In this document: positions 13,085-23,557 of the stretch, one piece after another
Layout of the letters: each line of letters begins with the position of its first letter
Numbering within the stretch: position 1 is the first letter of the stretch
NCBI GenBank assembly: GCA_028534125.1
Contig: CM052817.1
Coordinates: forward strand, 54,438,001-54,502,000
Reading direction: 5' to 3'
Source of the DNA: Lama glama
Taxonomy: Eukaryota
Length of the DNA stretch: 64,000 bases
The notes under the pieces: generated by a model
The model's input: the letters and a program-made list of their open reading frames with translations, nothing else
The model's database searches: none
What the model was told of the DNA's origin: nothing
Made by a program: the position numbers and the translations under genes

Positions 13085-13470
13085 TTCCTAACCAGTCCTT
13101 CTAAAGCCTGGTCTGTCTGAGTTAACAAAGGATCACTGTAGTGGACATTCAGGTTTTATCAGCCCCTCTACCTTTTACTATAGACAAGATCCCTCTCTTA
13201 AATGGGCCTTTCCTTCGTCAAGCCATTTGTCCTCCACAGAGGAACTGCAATATCCTTACTGACTCCACTAAGCTAGTAACAGTAGACCAATTTAAAGCTG
13301 GGTACTTAATTCAGCCTGTGGTGAAAGGTTTAGAAGAAGGAACAGTGGTGGTGTGCATAGGGGCATGCACCTGGTACAGAATCTTAGTGGTATTCAAGGT
13401 GCTAATTTCTTCTAATACCCAGGTAAACCCTGATCCTTCCCTAAGATTTTTTAAGTGAGAAACACAATAA
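13085..13470 (-). other. Decayed viral-like matrix protein (rhabdovirus M-like), putative endogenous viral element
   Basis: Collinear peptides across frameshifts: ILGKDQGLPGY (13447-13415), PGACPYAHHHCSFF*TFHHRLN*VP (13374-13300), ILQFLCGGQMA*RRKGPF (13253-13200). By eye these resemble the YxG, Y-H-A-H-C...HR and F-x-C...(T)RRKG segments of dimarhabdovirus M proteins. Confidence 0.4.
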
Positions 13471-15258
13471 CTTCCCAATAAATTAATCACTACGGTCTAA
13501 AGCTAGTTGGAGGTGTCTTTGCAATTAAAATAAAAATAATGAATACACCCATCCTATCAAAATTTTTAAGTTGAATTTAAGTCCATATGACAACTGAGGC
13601 ATTATCATAAAATATGCAGCATTTTGGAATAATTACAAAATAATATTTAACAGTCATATGTAAAATTTATTGAAAATGAAAGTAAAATTTAACAGAACAT
13701 ACCTCAAATTCAAAAAACTGTATATTATTTTAAAAGAAAATGGATGCTACAGCTCTTCTTCCAAAGTCAATTACGAGTGAAATGATTAAAACTCAACAGC
13801 CAAATTCAACTGAAGAGTTAAAGCCAATATAAAGACAGTCTGTAGATATACACATGCCTCATGTTAACACAAACCTATTTCTCAATAGACTCTTTGTCCA
13901 CTCCTGGGAGTCACAATCAGTATTCTGAGTCAAGGTTCAAACAACAAGCATCAGCCACTGACAAATCAAGAACACTGAAAATATGAAAAAACAAAAGACA
14001 GAAATGTAAACTGTTGAGCCCTTCCATTCATTCCAGAAATAAAATCTCATTCAAAAAGATGACCATCCATCAGGACCATTTGCTCTCATCCAAAAAGTAT
14101 TTGGAAGAGCTTTGAGGAAAGGAAAAGGGGAAAAAACCTAACCAAACCAAAACAAAACAGGAGACTGTTGAAAAACCTCTTACAGGGTCAGCTGTCAATG
14201 GAATGCATTTTAGTATTCAGGTTACCCACCCATGCAGAACATCAAAAACTGGGCTTCAGTCTCTCCCCTATTCTCACAGATCCAGGCTACTGTGCAGCCA
14301 CTGGGGCTGTCTTGAATAGTAACACACTTTGCCTCTGCGGGGTGCATAAACACCAACACAAGCTGATCAAACAGGAGGGGGTGTCGTTTCCACTTGGCTT
14401 TGGTTTTCTTGAGTCACATTTTAAAACACTTAAGTCTGGTACAATTCGGCAAGTCAGCCGTCCAATGGGCAGTTTATTTTTTCATTCATTTTTACCACCT
14501 GCCATGTTGTACTCTTTCCGCCTCAACATAAACGCGAAATGATTAGATGTTAAGAGACACACATTTTAATAACTTCCCTTACTGGCAACTGTCACTGAAA
14601 TACAGATGTGAATTCCAAAATATGGACTTAATTATGACCCCTTCCATACTTCTAGCATTTAAAGCAACTTTGGAATCTGAATTTTAACGGTTCATCTGTA
14701 TTTACAGCAATCTTATGAGGACTTGAACTTTGGGATTATAAATCTTTTAAAAGTATGGGGAATTCTTCAATCTTGGAAGTTTATGATGATTTAGTTACAA
14801 CATGGTAGAAAATTCTGATGCAGTTAAAGCTTAAAGAGCTGCTGACGCCATGTGAAAAGATGATCAGGAGTTTAATTTTAAAATGTCTTAAGTTAAATTG
14901 CTACTTTCATTTTATACCTGATTTAAAGTCGATCTTCAGCCATGGCACTTGGTGGCTGTCAAAAATATTTTCCTGTCAGGATTATGATTTGGGGGGAGAA
15001 TAAGTAGCACAGCATAACATTTTAAGTTTAAGAGGAAGAGCTCAGAAATAGGTACTTAACTAAAGGTTAAAAAGGAGAGAGGGAAAGAACACGGAAAAGA
15101 CAAAAGATACATGTGAAACCTTTCTTTCCTCTCCTGCCTAAGAAAATGCTATTGATTTTCATAGCTCATCCTGAATTCTTCAATAAGAAAATGATACTTA
15201 ATTTAACGAAGTTTGCTGAGTACTAGTAGTTAGGAACATTTCTAATTATACTATGACT

Positions 15259-15336
15259 AATAATAATAGGTACCATTTATTAAATGCTCTTTCGGTCAAT
15301 AATAATAGTTACCATTTATTAAATGCTCTTTCTGTC
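15259..15336 (+). repeat. 39-bp tandem duplication at the edge of a MIR relic
   Basis: aataataataggtaccatttattaaatgctctttcggtc followed by aataataatagttaccatttattaaatgctctttctgtc (2 mismatches). Confidence 0.95.
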
Positions 15337-16850
15337 AGGTACTTTTCTATTTACTTCCTATTCCTCACCCTAAACCAGCAATGTAGATTTTATCACCTTT
15401 ATTTTACAAACAGAGATGACAGAGCTAGCAAGTCATGAAACTGGGACTGTATTCAAATGTCTTTCATTCCAAAGGCCATTTCTGAGCAGTTCATAATTAG
15501 GGACAGTGGCCAGCTATGCCCACTAAGGAGTATAACGTAGTTTCAACAATACTAAATCAGGATTAGCCAAAGTGCTGCAGAAAGTCAGTGCTACACTACT
15601 AATTTCATAGTGGCAGGCCTGAGTCAAGAATTACACTAGCCATGAAATATGCCTCCTCAAATATATATATATAAATAAACATATCTATGAAGATACATAT
15701 ATCTATGAAGTTTTCAAATAAATGTCAGTGCCATTCAGAAGTATTACAGGTCTTCTTTAAATCTTAGCATCTAGTGAAATGAATCTCTGTGTAGAGCTTC
15801 TGTAACTCGCTGGGCCTATCCCCACTTATCAACAAACTGAACTGCAGTATATAATTACCCCAAGGATCCTTTTCATTGAAAATGTCCTATTGTGATGCTT
15901 AGATAGTGATTAACACACTAGGAGTATAGTGAGTCTAGATATCACTTCAGAAAAGTGATTTCTTCCCTAATAATTCCCAAGATACATAAATATTCAATTA
16001 GGGTCTTTGAAATCTAGTTTTAATTGGATATTCAACCTCTACCGAATTTCAAAGTTTGCCCAAGCTAAAAAAAGGTGTTTTATTAATTCTTACTATGCCA
16101 AAAAAAAAAAAAAAACTCTTCATGAGTTTTCAGGTGTAAGGGTAAAATAAAGCCAAGATTATCATTTATAAGAAATTGTCAAATTTAATAGCATTTTAAG
16201 ACATACTCTAGAGCAATAAGGTAAAACATAATTGCATGTCTGAATCACATAATCACATGGGGAACTGATTAAGTTTCCTGTGATATTCATGAGACACAGT
16301 AAATAATAATAATTATAGCAAATAGCTGCATGCCATATTACATACCTGGAACTATCTTAAGAAATTTGCAAATATTTTCCCATTAAATTTTCCCAACAAC
16401 CTATGAATTAGGTACAGCTGTTGTACCTACCTACTGAAAGTTATCAGGAAATTGAGGAATAGAGAGAGACTCAGCATACTGTCCAAAGTCAAATAATTTA
16501 CCAAGCCTAGGGAAATATACCACAGAGTCCCTTCTCTTCAGGACTACACCATTCTGCCTCTCCAGATATCAGAATATCAAGACCTACATAATAAATTTTC
16601 CCAGTAGCTCCTCTGCTGGAGACCTGCAGCTCTAAAGTTGCCATTTCACTAACTGGGAACCAAAAATACTAAGAACAAGCTTTCTTTAGAAAGAGAAAAG
16701 TGAAAACGTCAAATAATTAATAAAATACCCATCTGGCTGTGCCTCTAAAGCTTAAGAAGCTACTTGTTTTCTCAGCCTAGATAGCCCTGTATATGGTCCA
16801 ATGGGATGACACTTTTGAGTACAAGGAGGCAGATCTTGAAAAGTCAACAT

Positions 16851-17195
16851 CAGCGGTTCTCAGATTGATTCCAGGATCCTTTTACACACTTAAAAATTGA
16901 TGACTTACAGCAACTTTTAATTACGTTGGTTATAACTATAACAGTTACATATTAATAGTTAAACTGGTAAAATTTTAAAACACAGGAATACACCAGCACA
17001 CATGCCATATGCCATCAAAGCAATGATGTCATCACGTATCATGTTACCTTCTGGAAAACTCCACTGTACACTTGTTAAGTATGAGTGTGAAAGGCAAATA
17101 GCATCTTAGCATAATCATGAAAATGCTGTTCTCTTCATAGACCCTCTGAAAAGGTCTCAAAGACCCACAGGTTTCCCCAGAACACACTTTAAGAA
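16851..17195. mobile_element. hAT-Charlie (Charlie1-like) DNA transposon deletion derivative
   Basis: Begins CAGCGGTTCTCA..caggatcctttacacacttaaaaatt; ends gacccacaggtttccccagaacacactttaagaa (degenerate inverted terminus). Confidence 0.7.
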
Positions 17196-20100
17196 GAAAG
17201 GACTGTCTGTTCTACAAAATAACTGACACAGAAGATTTACCAGACAACAATATTCAGTTGGTTGATTTAATTTTCCATCCCCAAGATAATGTTCACAATA
17301 ATTAGGATTACCACCAACAATATTCCATTTAAATTCTTAAATATTGTGGACCAAATGTTAACTTCTTCTAATATATACTTATAATCATTCTTATGAAGAA
17401 ATCTGTTACTATTAAACTACATTATTGTTCTAATAAGACATAAAACAAATTAAGATCTATAGAATCTGTTATGATCAAACATAGGAAGAACTCTCCCTTT
17501 TCACCCATTCCCTAAAACAAATGGAGAATTTCGATTAATTCAGAGTAGGACAGCTAATTTTTTTTTACATATTTTTTATTTGTGAGTGCACAAGCACACT
17601 TAACAATTCTAAGAAAAAAATTACACCTGGTTACTTCTGCAGTAGAAGAGTTACTTTTATTGGGCCACACAGAAACTCAGACTAGGGTAAAGTTATTAAA
17701 GGATGGGGGGGAGGGGGAATATGCATGTATTTCAACTCATCAATGCTATTCACAGTCATGCCTGCACTCTTCTCTCAAACTGACCAATACATATCAATAT
17801 CCATATCACAGTCAAAGGAAAATCTGGATTTTTCCCCATTGATCAACAGCTCCCTAACAACACACACATGCATTCACACAGATAAGAAAGGAAAAATGTC
17901 AGGAGGAACTTATTCATATTTGAATGTTTTAGCTTATATTTCATAATAAAATATTCTACAAAGAAATGTATTTGCATGAAAGAAAAAGACATAAATACAA
18001 CAGTAATCTAAGGGTAAATATGTCCTTGAAGGCAAACAAATGTTAAATTACAATAGAGCCTCGGTCTTGACGGTTCCTCCCTATGTAGCGACTGCATATT
18101 TTGAATGTGATGCAAATCTGAGAAATCAAAGGGGAAATAGTCATTTGCAAAACTTAAGGAAAGATCATTTCCCTCCAATTCCAACTGCTCTAGCCTTGAC
18201 ACCAGGCTACAGTAAGGCTGCATGGCATTTCTCAAAATCACTCTTCATTTTTAAATACACAGCTTTCCTTGCTGATTTCTGGGCAAAAATGCCCTACTTC
18301 AAGCAGTAACTGTCACTCCTATTTGGCAGCTCTTTTCAAAGAGAGCTTCAACAAGCAGTTAAAGCAGCCCAAATCAAATGTGAAAAACAATTCAGTTTAG
18401 CATTATATCATTTGACTAACTTCGATTCTTTTCATTTAATAACCTTTTTTTTAACCATCTATTTAGGATTAACTTGACTATAAGGAAAACAAGTCAATAA
18501 GAATTTTGCCTCCTCTAATTACTAGAAACAATGCCAGGCACAGTAGCCGGAGCCAGTAAGTCTCATACTCACTATTATTCCCGGTGGAAAGGAGTATTTA
18601 AATTTCCAAACAGCAAGAAGATCATCATTAAGGAAATCACCTCTAAAAGACCCTCCTTTCATATTTTCCTGGAGGGCTCTTAACCTAAAGGATAATCACA
18701 CGAAGCAACTTAAAATGTGACATCAAAAGCATTTACCCATCAAGCAAATCACATGCTGGCTTATCACTCTGGAGGCCAGGGATGCCTGGAGCAGCCTAAC
18801 ATGCCCATCTGAAAAATTTACATAGTTCACAAAAACCTTATACTAATCACTCCTCCTACCCCAATTTTACAGAAAGAGTCCAGTCAACCATATGCACCAA
18901 TGGAGCAAGTTACTGAATATTTGATTATGAAGAAGTGCTAGCGAATGGCATTCAAGCACTTCTGACACAGTCACCTTCAGCTAGAGACAGCACAATACAC
19001 TGACACAGTCCTAATGACATCAGGACCTGTGGAATGTATGACTGCTAGGAAACACATGCCGCTAGGAAACAAAGAACAGATCTGATCAAAACTTCTAACG
19101 TAAGGACTGGGAATTATTGTGATTAGATCTTCTAAAATTAGAGAACAAGTATCCTTTCATCTTCAGAAATATTTGCAAGTTCAAAGACTTTGACATATAC
19201 GTTCTAGAAAGGAAAGAAATATATGAAGCTAGAGTCCCATGAATGAAATCACAAGTCCCTAAGTTTCCTATTAAGATGACTACCACTAGCACTATCATAA
19301 AAATATCACTTAATCAAAATCAGGCACCAATGATTCAGTATTCCTGTTTTTTTTCTCAACCTAAGCTTTTTCAAGAAGTCAGCACCTTAAAATTGAAATG
19401 GTACCTAGAAATAAAGTATCCTTTTACATACTTTTTTTTCAACAAAATAGAACACAGCCATTTGCAACAAAAACCAAAGCAATCTGAGCTAATCTCCAAC
19501 TAAGAAATTTAATGTCTTTTTAATCACTGAAACCGAAAAACCGTTTAGCTTTCCAACTTTTTTAAAAACTATTTATCTTTGTACATTTTAACCCTTGCTT
19601 TGGTTACCAAAAAAAAGACTGGGTAAAAGAAGGGTGAGGGATATTTCAATGCAAATATCCTTTTAACTCCTACACAAATTATATGGAAACTTCTTTTGGT
19701 GATACCAAAAAAGAACTGACAATTCTAACTGTAATCTATATTCTGACAAACGGGCGGTAGAATTCCAGGTCATTTACCACCATTACCGATTGAAAAATAT
19801 ACCAGAGAAATCTAGCTACATTCTGTTTAATCTCACAGGAAAATAAAGAGCATTCTCCAAGTGAAAAATTACTAAAGAACTGTTTCTTTGTAGATTCTAC
19901 AAACGACATTCTTTAACTAGTGTTGATAGCCCATATGACACTAAATTAGCAGACCGCCTATTTACTTCAGAGCAAAACAGAAGGCAGTTTTTCCTTCCTG
20001 CCAGAGTCTATGCGTCTCCTCATTTCCCCAGCAGCTGGCTGGAAGGATGTAAAATCAGAGGTGCAAGAAGGCTACTTCCTAATGAGTAATCCACCCAGGA

Positions 20101-21757
20101 AAGTAAACACAACAGACATCATCAGGTTCAGCTCTAAAGGAGACTGTGGCAGGGCTGCTTACACAGTTGTTTACAGTGTGCTCTAACTACTGCAGGCAAG
20201 ATCACACACAGGCACAGGGAGGAGACACCCAGAGGTGGCTCGCAAGCCTCTAGTTCTCCCAATTGCTACGGTATCTCTGGCCATAAATAAAGCAGCTCAC
20301 GTTTCTATCGGAAAGTGGACAGAGAATTCCAGGGACCAGGGGTTATGCTGGCCTGACTCGGTTATTTCAATCTGCCCGAGAGACAACTACTCTATCCTTC
20401 AGTCCTCATCAGGGCCAATTTGGGGTGCATCGCGCGCTGCACCACAGACTCTCATGCGCCGCACGCATCTCGCGGCTCTGCTCCTCGCTGAGGAGAGAGG
20501 GGACTCACAGAGAGGCTTCCTCGCAACCCCTATGGGGCCCCGGCGGCCTCCTCAAACCAGATTTTCCAGTTAAGCGGATCCCAAGCGATTTCGATAAGCA
20601 AGCTCAGCTCAAGTAGCATCAGCTCTGCCATCCTCACAAATATCTCCGGGCTATCCCTGGAGCGCAAGAACGCGCACACAGACACGCACACGCCAACCCT
20701 GCTGCCAACTAGCCCCTGATACCAGAGGTACCCTCTACCCTCTACATACACACCCACCCACCTATACTGCTAGGCCTGACACGTTTAGCCCCCGAGCTCC
20801 AACGTCGGACCATCCGCGGGGCGCGGGGCGCGGGGGCGCGGGGGCGCGGCGGCATCGACGCTCCGCTGCAGCCCGGAGCCTCCCCTTCTCCCGTAAGAAG
20901 ATTCAGGGCGCCTGCCCTCCTACCTGTAACCCAGCCCACCGCGGCTGCCAATGCTCTGCCCACCCCGCCCAGGCGCCCCGGCCACTCCGTTCGTGCAACA
21001 CCGCCCCCCACCTCGTGCCCACTCCCAACACCTCGCCGCCCCGGGCCACCCATGAAAGTGCCAGCTTTCTCCAGCCAAAGCCGCCTAACAAAGCCGGAGC
21101 AAGCAGGTCTAAACCAAACTGCCGTGAAGGGGACACAACGGGCGGGATGCGGGGAGGTAGCGCGGCTCCACGACTCAGGGGCGCGACCTGGCCAAACGCG
21201 GCTACCAGGGATGCTGCCGGCAGGCGTCTGGAGAGGGCTCCGTCCCGCAGTCTTTATTACCCCTGAGCCCAGCTCCTCACCCGGTCCCTGTCGGTCCTCC
21301 AGCCCCCTCCCGCCTCCAGGGGCACAGGCCCTGGGCCGGCGAAGAGAAGGCGCCCCCTGTTCTGCCTTCAGCTCCCACCAGGGGATGACACTGGGGTGAG
21401 AGAGGAGGGAAGATCCCCAGGGTGGAAACCGTTCCTATCCCCCAGAGTGTTGGACTGCGAATGCGCCCTGTCTACTCTCCCCTCTCAGCCGCCAAATCGC
21501 CCAATAGCTGGAAAAACCTCAAACCCATGCCAGCCCCCAGCGGCCACCAGCCATGAGGTTCCCTTCCCGCCCCACATCACGACCGGATGAGTGTGTGAGC
21601 AGGCGAGTGTGTGTGCAGGCGAGTGTGTGAGGGCGAGGGCGAGTGGGAGGGTGAGTGTGCGTGGACCTGCACCCCCTCGGTTGCCCGCCGGGCGGACGCA
21701 GCTGCCTGACCCGGGCCAGGGCCACCACTATTAGGAAGAGTGAAAAGAATAAATTAC

Positions 21758-22480
21758 CTTTCGTAACCGCCGGTCCCTGAGATCGTCCCATCAGTTGTTC
21801 AACAACCTGCAGCCGAGTGCAGTTTCCACAATCCAGCCATGGAGCCCGGGGCAAAAGACCGAGTGGCCCCAGCGAAGACTCCCCCACCACACGCAGCCAC
21901 GAATAACCAAAGCGCAGAGAAGGCAGCGGGAAGGTGGAGACCCCAGCCAAGGAAACAACAAAAAGTCTTTCCTTCCCCCTTTCTTCTGCTACACAGCCAT
22001 GGAGAAAAGGGAAGCGGGGGGGAGGGGGGGACAAAATGCTTGTCTTCCTTTACGTTTCCTCGCTTCACACACCAAGAGGGTAAAAACGGAGCAAAGAGAG
22101 TGAAGGGTTCAAATGTCTCTCCCGGTCCACAGTTGTACAACTTCGGAGTCAGGTTCTGTCTCCAACAGCAGCCAAGGGACCCAAGCAGCAGCTATTAAAA
22201 TGCGGCAGTCATAGCTGGGGCTGCTTTTCCTCCTCCTGCGGCTGCCGCTTAAGAAAAGGCGCTGCTGAAGAGACCAAAAATCTTCCACCATCCCCCAAGC
22301 CGATCTTTATATCCAGTTCTCCCACCCCACCCCCTTCTCTTTCTTTTTCTTCTTCTTCCTCGTCCTCCCCTTTCCGCCTGAGAGCGGGAGCGATGGAATA
22401 GGTAGGGGGAGCTGCGAGGGCCAGGGGTGGCTTCTTCTCCGCCAAACCCTCCTTCTCCCGAGGTTCTCTCCACGCCGAGG
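21758..22480 (-). other. Putative first exon (mostly 5' UTR) of an unidentified minus-strand gene; 5' boundary uncertain and may extend towards ~23400
   Basis: Strong donor GAAAG|GTAATT at 21758/21757 inside the CpG island; several upstream ATGs; ATG at 21791 gives MGRSQGPAVTK open to the donor. Confidence 0.6.
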
Positions 22481-22910
22481 GTCTCTTCTCACGCCCGCAA
22501 CCCGCGCGGAGAGCTGGAGCGAGGGCCAAGCAAACTCCTTCCCGGGTGCACAGCGGGGGCGCGCGGGCGGAGCGGGCGCTTGGCCGCCGAGGGCTGCGTC
22601 CCGGGGGCCGCGGAGCCCAGAGCCCGAGGAGTGGCTGATTAACTAGCCGGTCGGGCCGGGCAGCTGCGGGCATGTGGGAGCTTCATCGCGCGGCCCCGGG
22701 CTCCGCGCCGCCGCCGCCTCCTCGGTTCTTTCTCTTCTTCGACTCCCCGAGAGCGAGCAAAGCTCTGGAGCTCTCCAGACACGCACACTCACGCGCACAC
22801 ACGAGCGAGCTCCTGCCAAAGCCAACCGTGCAACCCGCGCGCGCGCGCACACCCGGAGAAAGAGGACGGAGGCAAAAAGAGAAGAAAGAAAGGGGAGGGG
22901 GCGAGTCACA

Positions 22911-22937
22911 GGCGGCAGCAGCAGCAGCAGCAGCTGC
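22911..22937 (+). repeat. (GCA/CAG)n trinucleotide repeat in CpG island
   Basis: ggcggcagcagcagcagcagcagctgc. Confidence 0.9.
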
Positions 22938-23399
22938 GGGAGTGTAGGCAAGGAGCAGTCCGGGAAAAGCCGGCAGCGGCAGCGGCGGCGCCCACCCGGA
23001 CGAACGGCAGTATCTGCATCCCCGCTTCTGGGAACTGGGGCGAGCAGTGCCGGGAGAACGGTTGAGTGGGCGACGCGCCGAGAGCCGGCCGAAGCGCTGG
23101 CGCGCCGAGGTCGTGCAGCCTGCGTGCGGTGGACGCAGCCGGGGCCCGAGCCGAGGCCAAAATGAGCCGCGGGCGGGCGAGCGCCGAGTGCGCCGAGAGC
23201 AGAGGAGGGGGTTCGCGCCGGGGGAAGGGGTGGCGGGAGGCAAAACCCGGATCTGGAATGCGCTCGGGCTCCGCCGCGCGGGCTCCACCTAGCAGCTCGA
23301 CAAACGCTTGGAGGTGGGAACGGGAAAGCTGCTACAAGAGGCTTTCCTTTCAGGGTTTGTCAAACAAAGGGTACCTCTCTTCGCGGCTTTAAGGCAAGC

Positions 23400-23557
23400 T
23401 CGCTCGCGCTCTCTCACTCTCTCTCTGTGTATCTCTCTCCCCCCTCTCTCTCCCTCTCGCGCGCGCGCTCTCTCTCTCCTTTCCCCCCAAACCCGCCCTC
23501 CCTCGTCCCTCTCCCTCTCTCTTTCTTTCCGCCTCTCCCCCTTCTTTTCTTTCTTCA
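23400..23557 (+). repeat. CT-rich polypyrimidine microsatellite
   Basis: ctctctcactctctctctgtgtatctctctcccccctctctctccc...cttcttttctttcttc. Confidence 0.9.

Larger units (their letters stand above)
20420..23470. promoter_or_regulatory. CpG island promoter
   Basis: Abrupt rise in GC and CpG density against a CpG-depleted AT-rich background; GC boxes, (GCA)n run, CG/CA alternating tracts, CT microsatellite at the right edge. Confidence 0.95.

Noticed and set aside
13141..13458. 105-aa plus-strand ORF (DIQVLSAPLPF...), with a faint resemblance to pneumovirus matrix C-terminus
   Set aside because: No ATG start, and the frame is full of stops to the left of the RPL17 insert; the minus-strand reading explains both flanks better. 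Still worth including in the profile search
11950..13470. Bornavirus M-G (EBLM/EBLG) interpretation of the same viral-like segment
   Set aside because: Only scattered short matches (e.g. HYYKT versus YHCKT); the rhabdovirus-type motifs plus junction signal fit better, though this alternative is not excluded without a search
14168..14542. 124-aa plus-strand ORF
   Set aside because: TTG start, no homology recognised, antisense within an intron
21758..23470. Assigning a gene symbol to the CpG-island gene
   Set aside because: No coding exon in the window and I do not recognise the UTR with confidence; BLASTN is needed
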